64,000 nucleotides of DNA from the human T2T-CHM13v2.0 reference genome, Homo sapiens. Positions 29,965-41,960 of this stretch are shown one piece after another. A model generated the notes under the pieces. It ran no database searches. It was not told the DNA's origin and saw nothing but the letters and a program-made list of their open reading frames with translations. A program made the position numbers and the translations under genes. Location: assembly GCF_009914755.1 (NCBI RefSeq), contig NC_060931.1; one strand, given 5' to 3'. Position 1 is the stretch's first letter; every line of letters starts with the position of its first letter.

Positions 29965-30558
29965 CCACAGTGGTAACTACAAAATAGATGTTAGTTCCTG
30001 ACCTCTCCCCCTCTCTTTGTTGTGAGATCATCTCCAGTGGCACTCCTCAGTGGGCAGCAGTGGAAATGACCTGTGAGGAATCAGACCCAGAGAGAAAAGA
30101 AGTTATCTCAGGTCACCCAGCAAGACAGTGGCAGAACCACGAGTCTCCCATACGAGACAGTGCTGGGCTTTCTGTGCACTATAAGAAGTCGTTTTGATAC
30201 TACAAATTGCTACTCTCATCACTTCTGCTTCACTTTTGGTGATCTAGGATTGGAGAGAAGGTGGACACACAATGGGAAAGGATAAAAATAGTACTTACAT
30301 ATCTTTCTGGGGCACTGGATCCAAGAGATCAACTCATTCTAACAAACGTTTATTGAGAACCTACAATGAACCAGGAACTAAACTGCAGACACAAAAATGA
30401 GTAAGACGTGGATCTTGCCCAGAGAGGCTTATAGTCTAGGGGAAGACAGACATTCCAAGAATTAATTTCAGTACAGTATGATCAGACAGTGATTGACCAA
30501 TACACAGAGAGGGGGAGCGGTCAGGAACTAACATTGATTTTGTACTTACCATTGTTGG
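29965..30558. repeat. Dispersed inverted repeat; core arms 29978-30020 and 30502-30544
   Basis: 39/43 identity between the left arm and the reverse complement of the right arm; weaker match for ~13 bp further outward. Confidence 0.92.
30330..30490 (-). mobile_element. L2 3' end
   Basis: 'cattctaacaaacgtttattgagaacctac...gcttatagtctaggggaagacagaca'. Confidence 0.75.
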
Positions 30559-31289
30559 AGACTGAGGCAGGAACTTTAACCTCAGAGGGACACTCAAAGC
30601 AGGAAGACAAGTTAGGAGATCAGTGTTCCTAGGCATTTGAGAGCATCTTACTCCAAAGAACTTAGACTTCTTTGCTTCTTCCTGAAGAAAAATCAGTAGG
30701 GAAATATTCAAGAATCGAAGACTGCAGATTGTCTCTGTGAATACTTGTTTCTAGTTGTTTCTTTAAAAAAAATTACTGTTAAGGCAGCTGGAAAGATGAA
30801 TTGAATCAGGAAAACACTCAAGCAGGAGTGCAGTTGGGAGACCAGTGTCCAAGATGAAAGGGTTCAAGTGCTTCTTAGCGCAACCAGTGGGTTTAAACTT
30901 TTTTACCATCACCCCCCACATTAAGGGGTAGGCACAACACCTTGTCAACGGTGGTTCATCCCACCCGTGATTTTCCTGAGTGGATTAAAATCGAGTAGTG
31001 TTTAAAGGATTACTGTTTCGACATAGCAATGCACAGAGTAAAATCTTCGCCCCTCCTTCCAGTGGCCCTTCTCATTCTAGCCTCTCCCCAACCCTCCTTG
31101 TTTCCGTTTATCCTGTGTTCTATTTCACCAGATATTTTTGGCGTGTCCATTGTGTGCCAGATACTGCCAAGCACTAGGGAAATGACAGTGAACAAGATAT
31201 AGTTTTAGACAGAGTGGTTTACTAGTAAGAAGGTTATAGGAGGGCACTTTCATATGGGGGGAGCCTATCTATTATCTTCCAAATCATAT

Positions 31290-32313
<1,024 letters not shown>

Positions 32314-32779
32314 ATCTCTAACTAACTGTTTTTGATAAACTTATTTTCTTAACCCTAAAGAGCTTCTTTAGAAAATAATACCTCCTGCAGAGACTCATTT
32401 CTTCAGTTTCCTCTTTTTCATTCTTAGAACCAAGTAAAATATAATTTTACACACTTTATTTCTAGAAATAATTGCCCATTTTGTCTGTGTGTCTAGCCAG
32501 CTCCAGCTGGGTGTACACGTGTATAGCAAGGTATCTGGAATAATGCTTACCTAATATTAGTAAGTTTTTCCTGGATGGTGATGATGTAGATTAGTTTTGT
32601 TTTGTTATTCATGCTGTTATGTATTTATTGATTTTTTAAACAATTAGCAAATAGTATTTCCATAAAAACAATAATTTTAATACTAAAGAAAAAAGGCAGA
32701 GAAAGAAAGAAGGAAGGGAAAAAGTAACACCTAAGACCTGTTATAGGGAGGCACATGGCAGGCATATGTCTGGGCATGA

Positions 32780-32945
32780 GATGCAGAGCTTGACTTTTCT
32801 CTCTCTAGGCCTCGGTGTCCTCACCTGTGAATGGGATGAATAATTGTATCTGCTTCTGAGGGCTGCTGGGAGGAGCAAATGAGAGAATGCCTGGGAGGCA
32901 CATGGTACAGTATCTGGCCCATCAGTAGTTCAATACACGTTGACT
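32780..32945 (+). mobile_element. MIR
   Basis: 'ctctctaggcctcggtgtcctcacctgtgaatggg...aaatgagagaatgc'. Confidence 0.75.
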
Positions 32946-32984
32946 TAAAAGGTTAAAATCATGCAATATAAGAACAGAAGAAAC

Positions 32985-33100
32985 TTCAGTGATTCACCTT
33001 TTTATTTAATTTTACCCATGAGAAAACTGAAGCCCACATATGGTTGCCCAAGATCACATGGCTAGGTATGGCAGGACTTCCGTCCTCAAAGCCAGCTCCT
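32985..33100 (-). mobile_element. MIR/MIR3
   Basis: 'ttttacccatgagaaaactgaagccc...gcccaagatcacatggctag'. Confidence 0.75.
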
Positions 33101-33399
33101 TGTCCATCCCATCCAGCAGGCATAGGAATGAGAACAGAGGCATATGTAATACACAGTCATCCAGTACTTGGGCTAATACTAAAATTACTCTTTAGTATTC
33201 TCAGAGCACACACCAATAGATACATAATAGGAGAGGATATCTACGTACCCTTAGCTAAGGAGAAACACTTGCATTTAAAATTTTACCCCAGAAAACTCCA
33301 CAGCATGGATTACACATTTGTGGCTAACTAAGAGGTGACTGAAGTTGGTCCTTTTATCCCCATCCAGCTAGAGTTAATCCTATCTTTATCATCTCTTTC

Positions 33400-34600
33400 A
33401 CTTTGAGATAATGAACTGAATAGCTGAACTCCCAATTGTTCAATTAATTAATTTTTTTCTATTGCCACTTTGTGGCAATAAACATGGTGTCTCAATAGAC
33501 CCTGCCTCTTGAGTTTTTCCTGAGTCATTGGGAAAAGCCTATACATTAATATTCATGGCAGGGTGGGCATCAAAGTAGACCTCCTGGCAGAGATTTCACA
33601 TGCTGTTTGTGCAATTAGTGAAGATTAGTGATTCTCGGAATGGATAGGGTTTTGCAAATGGTGGAAAGGAGAGAAGGAAAAAGTAGAAGATCATTTCATA
33701 AGCAATTTTAAATTTAAAAGTATGACATCAAGAAGCAACCTCCCAGGGAGAGATGTGATTATCATTGTGAAATTTGTCAAAGAAAAAAAAAAAAGTCAAG
33801 TTGACAGCTTCAAAGCCAGAGCAGTGATGTTATCACTTCCTGTGGTATTATCTGTACCATGGAGCAATTAGACTAGTACAAAGTGGGCTGGGTTAACATA
33901 GTATTCTAAGTAATAGGCCCAGACCATCCAGCTGCCTAAATTGATTAATGATATGCAAATGGAATTTACAGACTACAGTCATCTGTTTTCTTCCTCTAGG
34001 CTGTCTGTCTTTTCCTAACCCCATTCTTTGCTTTCACTAAAATGAAGAGAAAGTACTGTGAATATCAGGCAGCAAATTACTTTCTTTTTTTCAATTTTAG
34101 CTTTCTGAGCTATGATTCAAGCCATCAAAAGTCTATCTCCAGCCTATAGGGAACTGACATATTCATTGTTGTATGTCACTTCTCCAACTCTGCTGCCGTC
34201 ATTTCAACTAACCTTAAATTGAATACTGTCGGCATCAGCTAGAATCCCTAACAAACGGCGCGCCTCATCACCATACTAATTGAATGAAAAATGTTCCATG
34301 ATTTAAATACCTATTGCTTCATCATTTCCCCAGTCTTTGGCTTCCATTTTGTCAGGCATGAAGTTGGTGATTAAACCCAAGGCATAATTATTAGCAACAG
34401 AGAAACCGTTGTCCCATCTTGCAGTTTCCTGACCAGGTGCAGACTCCCAGCTCCACACTGAGCATGTCTGTCAGTCTTATGAACAATCCCCACAGAATAA
34501 GTGACTGATTTTCTCTTTATAATCACGGAGGCGCTTTACAGCAAATTGTCCCACTAGACCTCTACTTCTGAATGGCATAATGAACATTTCAGTGTGGCGA
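33400..34600. promoter_or_regulatory. Candidate conserved non-coding element / enhancer
   Basis: Repeat-free; ATGCAAAT octamer at 33953-33960 beside TTGATTAAT; several TGACA(G) and TAATT motifs; motif inference only. Confidence 0.4.
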
Positions 34601-35889
34601 GAAGTTTATATATTGAAAGGGGGTGTCAGAGTTGGAACTAGGACGCTGGCATCTTTTATCAATACACCTACCGTGGCTGCCTCCCACCACTCTGGCCTCT
34701 GTTGCTTTTGACAGTTGTGTAAAATGAGGAAAGCCTTATGAAGCAGGGTGGGAGCAACCTGTTTACAAAGTTCTGGATTTGAGTGCAAGTAAAAAGGAAG
34801 CTTGTCTGAGCCTAAAGAAAGAGCTGTGTACAGGAGGGGTGTTGTCATAGAAAGCAATTTACACAGGAGAATGAGGACAGTTTTGTGTTCAGGAGTTACA
34901 GAAAGGACACTTTTTAAAAGCTCGTTTCAGAGACTAACAAAACAAGGCTGATTGACTTTAGATTTGAGTTACTCGAATTTGGTGCATCCAATTCAGTGAA
35001 CCTGTCTGCCAAGCTATCAGATGGAGAAGATAACCTGGGTGAGTGTGATGAAAGACACTCAGAGTGCTACTCTTCCTCCGCCTACCACTAGAATGCAAAA
35101 GTGCAGCTGGTTTTTCTCACTTGTCCAGTAATAGAAGCTCTGGGGTTTGAAAGCCTAATGCTTTGTAGCTCAACCCAGATATCTGTGGACTTCATATGGG
35201 TTCTGCTTACACATTCTAAATTCTGGGCATTTTCCCATTGCAGGGATGATGTACCCCTTGAAGCGAAGTTACCATAGCATCTTCTTCTTTCAAAAGCTTT
35301 CACATTACTAATATTCATTTATGTCCACATTAAATTAAAAGGTAGAAATCTTCTAAAACTCAAATTTGTATCTGGCAGAGACTTTTCCTCTATGTTAATG
35401 CTCTTTTTCTTGCACCCAGATGCATATCCGTGGACTTTGAGGCTACATTCATGAGCCATTTCCAAGAGGTGTTATTTTCTTTCTTCTCAACTGCAAGGTT
35501 TACAGATTATTAGATTATTTGCAGATATGGAAATGTCTATCATATATTTACAAACTACAAACCACATAAAAAGAACATTGTCTTTCTAATTTACATTTTT
35601 GAAATTTAAATACTTGATAACTTTATGTGAATAAGTAGCTTGAACTTCTGGTGATTAGTTTTTGATTATTTTAACTTTTGGGAATAATTTATAGAACATA
35701 GAGAAATGTAGAATGCCCATAAAGTAATAGACCATTGCTGGGTGGTTTTGAATAAAATCTCTTCCTAATGAGAATTCAAATACATTAGGTTCTGGAGTTC
35801 CTCCACTTAAAGTTTAAGGTAATATTTTTAATGTCACATTTTTATCCATCCAGACTTTGAAAAAGTGTTTCTTCTACATCAAATCCAAA

Positions 35890-36060
35890 GGCAATGTGGT
35901 GTAAAACACCAGAAAATTGGGTGTAAAGGTGAAAGAATCCTAATCTAACCACTCATTGGCTGGTGACCTTGAACGAGTCACTCTACCTGGCTGTCAATCA
36001 TCTGTAGAATGAGAGGTCATGACTCTAAGGTTCCTTGCAACTTGAAAAATTTTGTGAATT
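35890..36060 (+). mobile_element. MIR3-like fragment
   Basis: 'gtgaccttgaacgagtcac...catctgtagaatgagagg...ctctaaggttcct'. Confidence 0.7.
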
Positions 36061-37544
36061 CAATCTCAGTGCTTTGCATAAAGTGGAATATGAGATGCCT
36101 GCTCGGAATATGTTTAGAATCTATTTGCTAGTCACATATTGAAAAATATCACAAGGATAAGGAATTCCATCGGCACGCAAATATTAATTTTGACTTGGAA
36201 ATAACAAGACAAATGGCCGACTAATCACCCTTGATACAGAGAAAGTCAGGTTCAACTCCAGGATAATGTATTATTCTTGTGTGACAATGTGTGAATTGTA
36301 TAACAGAATAAGGAATCTACTTGTATGTTAAGTGAATACACTTCTTGTTATGGAAAAAGCAATGTTTTCAAAGATGATCTTAAAGTCTGGGATGTGTTAG
36401 AACTCACTGTAGAAAGTATTGATGATAGTAATAAGTAAATATTAAATGAATGAATGAAGCATATAATTATAACAGTGGCTTTCTGAGTGTGTGTTTTAAT
36501 AGGATATACTGTGAATATTTGTGCCTTGAAAAGTGCTAGGGTGAATTGTATCACAAATACATGACTTTGAAGGTTTTCAGGTCAACTCTAATGTGACAAC
36601 AAATCTCATGAGCCTTGCTGATCTCTGCCTGCATTTGTTGTAATGCCATAAAAGTCATTCTGTGACACATTACACCATGACAAATACTTTGACCACTGCT
36701 CACACATCGATGAGGAGTAAGTTTTCCGGCCAGTTTCTGGTGGGGGAGGGAGAAACCACCTCCCATAATCTATCTATTAACCATCAACAGTATGAAACAG
36801 AAATTTAGGAAACTTTTCACCTGCTCATTTGATTTGAGTCAGTTCTAACTGGCAACTCATGGCAGCATCATTTTCCAGGAGGTTTACACAAAAGAAGCTA
36901 GAGGAAGTGGCCCTAGTTCCCCACATCAGTCAGTTTCTTCTTCAATTTTCTGGCTGTTTGAACCTCAGTCTTCCTGCAGGGTTTGGGCTTTGCCCACTCT
37001 TGCTGACCTAAGTGGAGGGGACCATGCCATGTTCTGGCCTTTTCCTCCTCTCAGGGTAGGTGACAGTCAGACATAGTCCCCAGAGATCTCTCCCTACCTG
37101 ATCACCTCCAAAGGTCTCACAGTGTTGACTTGCCACATTTCAGTGGGCTGCCTATTCTTCCTTAACCTTTCCCAGAATCACAGCATGGCTTTGTATATAT
37201 AAGAAGATTCAAAAATTCAGGTTATATAGCACATAGGACATGGAACATAGACTGCACAATAGCCAAGACACAATGCAGCAACAAAAGCTCAACCATGAAA
37301 GGAGAGGATATGTCCATTGCTTACAATCGATCATGCTCTGGCTGTTTATACTGATGGTTGAATGAAAGGTGCTTTGAAAGAGAAAGGATTCATTACCTTG
37401 TTTCTGTGACATATATTAAATCTCTGTAAAAGGGACAAGCCTCAAAAGAGAGAGCAGAGGAAAGCCAAGCTCTTGGGCACAAGGAGGTATCTGGCATCTT
37501 TTGGATGGATCTTATGGAACAGACTCTTTGCCCTATCTCTGATT

Positions 37545-37620
37545 AGATAGAGATCCTTTTGCTGACATTCTGGTTGGATAGGGCCCCTTTTGCTGTTTGG
37601 ATAGGGATCCTTTTGCTGAA
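37545..37620. repeat. Imperfect triple tandem repeat (gataggg/agagatccttttgctg)
   Basis: 'ccttttgctg' three times with shared 'ggataggg' flanks. Confidence 0.75.
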
Positions 37621-37624
37621 TTGA

Positions 37625-37785
37625 GGATGACTAGCACTTACTTAGAGAGCAACTTTTGTCCCCAACCCTGGTTTTCAGATGATGTAACTGAGACTCTGAG
37701 AGACTGATGGACATCCTCAGGATTACCCAGAGACAAAGGGGGAATAAAATAAGATTCCAGACTTTCAGATCATACTATTTCCTTG
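37625..37785 (-). mobile_element. MIR/MIR3
   Basis: 'gttttcagatgatgtaactgagactctgagag'. Confidence 0.7.
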
Positions 37786-37839
37786 TGAACATCAGGAAAA
37801 ATGAGTTTTAAACATGGACAAACTGCTAGTAATGGGAAT

Positions 37840-38460
37840 CCACTAATTCATTTAACAATTATTTCTCCTACTCTGTGCCAAGGCCTACTTCTAGGGGTCT
37901 GGAAATACAGTAATGAAATAAATACTGTCATTGCTTATATTCTATATGCAACTAAGCAAATAAACATCAATTATAATGTTATGTTCTTATTAGTGCTAGG
38001 AACAAAAATAAAGCAAGCAAGGAGAGAAAAGTGATATGGGTGCTATTTTAGATGACAGGGAAGCCCTCTCTGAGGAGGTGGTATTTGATCAGAGACCAGG
38101 ACATAGTGATGGAGCAAGTCTTGTGACAATGTGGGGACAAGACATGCCCAAGCAGAGCCCCCCAGGCGGGATGGTTTGTGTGTTTAAAAAACACTCTAAA
38201 GGCCAGTGTGGCTGGATAAGAGTGAAACAGGAAGGGAGAGGTAGGAAGAAGACTGGAGAACCATCAGAATTGAGATCCTGGAAAGCTTTGGATTTTACTC
38301 TAAGTGTGATGTGAGCAACTGGAGGATTCTGAGCAAAAAGTGACAAAATGTGATTTGTTTCTGAGAACCATCAGCCTGGTTTTGGTGTGATTAATAGACT
38401 GTGAAGGGCAGGCATGTAAGCAGGGAGACCAGTTAGGTTGTCCAGGAGAGAAATAACAAT
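37840..38460 (-). mobile_element. L2 (continues at 39200-39900)
   Basis: 'attcatttaacaattattt...tactctgtgccagg', 'tttggattttactctaag', 'gcagggagaccagttagg'. Confidence 0.85.
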
Positions 38461-38477
38461 GGGTTCATATGCACACA

Positions 38478-38925
38478 CTGTGCCATGGCTTACCCAGCAC
38501 CAATTCTCCATTTCCTCTCCCTTTCCTTCATCTACTAGACAAGCTGAAAAGCCAGATGTTTGGTCTCCTGATTCCCCTTGCAGCTCTAGGTGGCCATGTA
38601 ATGTGGCTCCTGCCAGTGAGATATAACAGATAATCTGCTGAGAAAGCTTTAGGGAGATCCCTGCTTTTTTGGTAAGAAGGGTGACAGATATGGTTGACAC
38701 TATTTTTTTTTCCTCCTTTTTCTCCTTAGCTTATCCCCTTCTTCTTATATGGAATTTGAACATGATACCTGGAGGTGCAGTAGTCAGTTTGTGACTGTAA
38801 GGCAATAAGCCAAGAATGACAGAATAGAAAACTAGAAAGATCTTTTGTCCTTCATGATATCATTTGGCCCCTGCACCAATCTTTGATCACATGCCTCTGG
38901 ATGTCCTTACATGAGCCTAGTAATG
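38478..38925 (+). mobile_element. Old LTR (MLT1-like MaLR/ERVL)
   Basis: 'gattccccttgcagctctaggtggccatg', 'gatacctggaggtgcagtagtc'. Confidence 0.65.
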
Positions 38926-38937
38926 ACCCCCTAAAGT

Positions 38938-39159
38938 CAGGGGTCAGGATAATTTTTCTGTAAATGCCCAGGTAGCAAATATTTTAGGCTTGATGGGCCA
39001 GATAGTCTCTATCACAATGACAACTTTGCTGTTGTAGCACAAAAGCAGCCATAGACCACACACAAAAGAATGAGAATGGCTGTGTTTCAATAAAACTTTA
39101 TTTACCAAACTAGATGGCAGGCCAGATTTGGTCTGGTGACCCTACTTTGCTGATCCTTG
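38938..39159 (+). mobile_element. MER58A hAT-Charlie DNA transposon
   Basis: 'caggggtcag...tttctgtaaa...aaatattttaggctt...aaagcagccatagac...aataaaactttattta...tttgctgatccttg'. Confidence 0.9.
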
Positions 39160-39199
39160 GTTTAAGCTTAAGTTTTCTCCAACTCTAGACATTCTTAAG

Positions 39200-39900
39200 T
39201 GATTCATGTAAACCAGAGTGGGACTCATGGAGGTGGCAAACGTGATTAAATTCAGAATGTATTTGGTATCAAGGATGACAATAAAGTTTGGGGTTTGAAT
39301 TGAAAAACTAGTTGAATGACGCCATTTACGGAGATGAGGAACACTAGGAAGGATTAGATTGAGGAAGAAGATGGAAGGCAGTAATCTTGTCTTGGACATT
39401 TTAAGTTTGAGGCATTTACTTGGCATCCAAATGGAGATATCAATGAGGCAATTGAAAGAAAGGCTGGGGCTAGTGATATAAATGTGGATGCTATCATTGA
39501 GTAGCTGGAATTGAAGCCATGGGATGGGAGGAGATCACCTAAGGGACAGTGTAGATAGAGAAGTTCAAGGATTGAGCTCTAGGAGATTTGAACATTTTGA
39601 GATTAGGGTGAGGAGAATGATTCAGCAAAGGGGACTCAGAAGACATGGCCAGGTCTTTAGGAAGAAAATCATGACAGTGGGATTTCCTTGAATCCTAGTG
39701 AAAAAAGTGCGTGAAGGGCTTTTGAGAGGTTGAGTAAGATGAGGACCAAGAATGGGCCATTTGGTTTGGCATCATGGAAGTCATTAGAGACTTGACCAGG
39801 GAGATTTTGCAGAGTGTTTTTGATGGAGCGGTTTTGGTGGAGGATTGGGGATAAAACCATAACTCCCAAAGATGAATGGGCGGTAAGAAATTGGAGGTAT
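39200..39900 (-). mobile_element. L2
   Basis: 'ttggacattttaagtttgagg', 'gaagccatgggatgggaggagatcacctaaggg'. Confidence 0.85.
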
Positions 39901-39904
39901 CAAT

Positions 39905-41180
39905 ATTACAGAGTTATAATAGTTAGCACAATTTGGTGCCAATGAAAGGATAAACAAATAGACTAATTAGGACAGAATGAAAAGCCCAGAATCAGGCCCA
40001 TGCATGTACGGACACTTGATTTCTCAAAAAAGTGTTGCCAAGATCAGTGGAAACGGATGGCCTTTTCAGGGAATAGTGCTGGGAGAGTTAAATATCGGTG
40101 TGGGAAAAAATAATTTCAGATTGTACACAAGAAACAATTACAAGTATACTGCAGACATATTTATGTATAAAAGATGAAGCAATAAAACAACTATAAAGTA
40201 ACATAGAAGAACAGCTTCATGATATTGGAGAGACAAATATTTCTTAATCAGAACCAAAAGAGCAGTACTAATTATAAGGAATAGATTAATAATTTTGATT
40301 ACACTGAAATTAAGAACTTCTTTTCATTAAGATACAGTATGTGATTAAGAGAGTGAAAAATCAAGCCAGTGAAAGCTGTGACTTTTGTAACATCTGTAAC
40401 CAACAAATGCTTTATATCCAGAATAGGTAAAGAACACTAAAGCTCAATAAGAAAAAGACAAACAGCTTAGTGAAAATATACACAGGAGATATGAACAGAT
40501 ACTTCTCTAAAGAAGATATCCAAATGGTCAGTAGAGACGTGAAAAAGTCTCAACCCCATTAGCAATAAGGTAAATCAAATTAGACCACACATGCCTCTAC
40601 ATATCCATCGTAAAGATTAAAATTAGAGCCCCCAAAACCAAGTATTGGCAGGAATATGAAGCGACAATCCTATACTTTAATAGACAGTAAATTGGTACAC
40701 ACAACCGCTTTTAAAAACCGTTGACAGAATTCTACAACTGCACCTATGCCAACTCTTCGATCCAGCAATTCCACTCTTAGATATATACCACACAAAAATG
40801 CACGCAAGTGTGTGTTGGAGAAATGTACTGGAATCTTCATAGCAACATTGTTTATCATAGCCCCCGAACTGTAAACAGCCCAAATGCCCATCAATAGTAT
40901 AATGTAGAAATAGTTTGTGGTAAATTTCTACAATATTATAACACAATAAAATAAATAAAATTCAAGTATTATGCAATAAATCATGAGACCTCACAAACAT
41001 AGTGTTGAGTGAAAAAGGCAGACACCAAAAAATACACATGGTGTATGACTCTATTTATGTAAAGTCCTCTTGGGGAAGGGACCAGGCACCTGTTATAATA
41101 TACGGCATTTAAGGATGCATGTGAGTTTCGGTGGCAAAGTCATTTTTAAAAAGCAAAGGAGTGATTACTTTAAAAATTAA
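39905..41180 (+). mobile_element. L1ME/MD 3' part
   Basis: 'aaagaagatatccaaatgg', 'gatccagcaattccactcttagatatatacc', 'tcacaaacatagtgttgagtgaaaaagg'. Confidence 0.88.
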
Positions 41181-41187
41181 CTCTCTT

Positions 41188-41587
41188 ATGCTGGGTTAGA
41201 CTGGAAGTGGACTCAGAGGGAGTTTTGCATGCAGAAGATTTATTGACAAGTGCTTTCATGAACAACACATGTAAAGAGGAAAGAGAAGCAGTACTGGACA
41301 GAAGAGGAAGTTAAACTGCAATGCAATCACAAGGCCTTAGCTGATCCACAAAAAACTCTAGAGGTGGGATGTTCTTTAGAGTTATTCCCCCATTGAAGCA
41401 AGGTGGTTAGGCCTTTGTGCCCCATACAAATCAATTATCAGACACAGGCTTCCCCTAAGGAGGGGACCTATTTGGAGTGAAGCAATACCCAAATGTGATT
41501 TCCAGAGAAGGAATATTTCTGGTAGCTGAGGAAATGAATGCCTTTGTCCTGAAGAAGGGATCTGTGGTACATCACAGTGTCTACTAC
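41188..41587 (-). mobile_element. ERVL solo LTR (LTR33/LTR16-like) inserted in the L1 3'UTR
   Basis: 'ttgcatgcagaagatttattg...aacaacacatgt...aaggccttagctgatccac'; L1 resumes 'aggatagtggttacc'. Confidence 0.7.
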
Positions 41588-41619
41588 CTCAGGATAGTGG
41601 TTACCTTTAGTGGGCAGGT

Positions 41620-41960
41620 TGGGTGAACTCAGCATCTCAATGGTGTAATAAAGGATTCCATTTCTTTTCTTCCTTCTGCTCTGCTACCTCAGTGTGTTGG
41701 CTTTCCTCCATCGGCCAGCAGCTCTCATGGCTCCAAGATGGATGCTCCCATTGATGTAGACATCAATGTCCAAAAAAGACAAGGATGGGTTTTGTGAACT
41801 TTTTAAAAGCAAGGGGAATATTTTTAGGCACTCCCCACAGACTTCATCTCATATTTCACTGACCAGAATTGTGCCGCATGCCCATATTTAAACCAACCAA
41901 AGTGAAGGAGACTGGAACTATCCGTGATGGGCTTAGACCTGTCAAGAATCTTCCTCTGGG
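41620..41960 (-). mobile_element. MaLR LTR (MLT1J/K-like)
   Basis: 'ctcatggctccaagatggatgc', 'cagacttcatctcatatttcactgaccagaa'. Confidence 0.7.

Noticed and set aside
29965-30558. Inverted repeat as TIRs of a new DNA transposon
   Set aside because: No TSD or canonical terminal motif seen, and the interior is host-like MIR/L2 relic; kept only as an unexplained inverted repeat.
37545-37620. Repeat-spacer pattern reminiscent of CRISPR
   Set aside because: Only three short degenerate units in mammalian DNA, with no cas genes; ordinary slippage.
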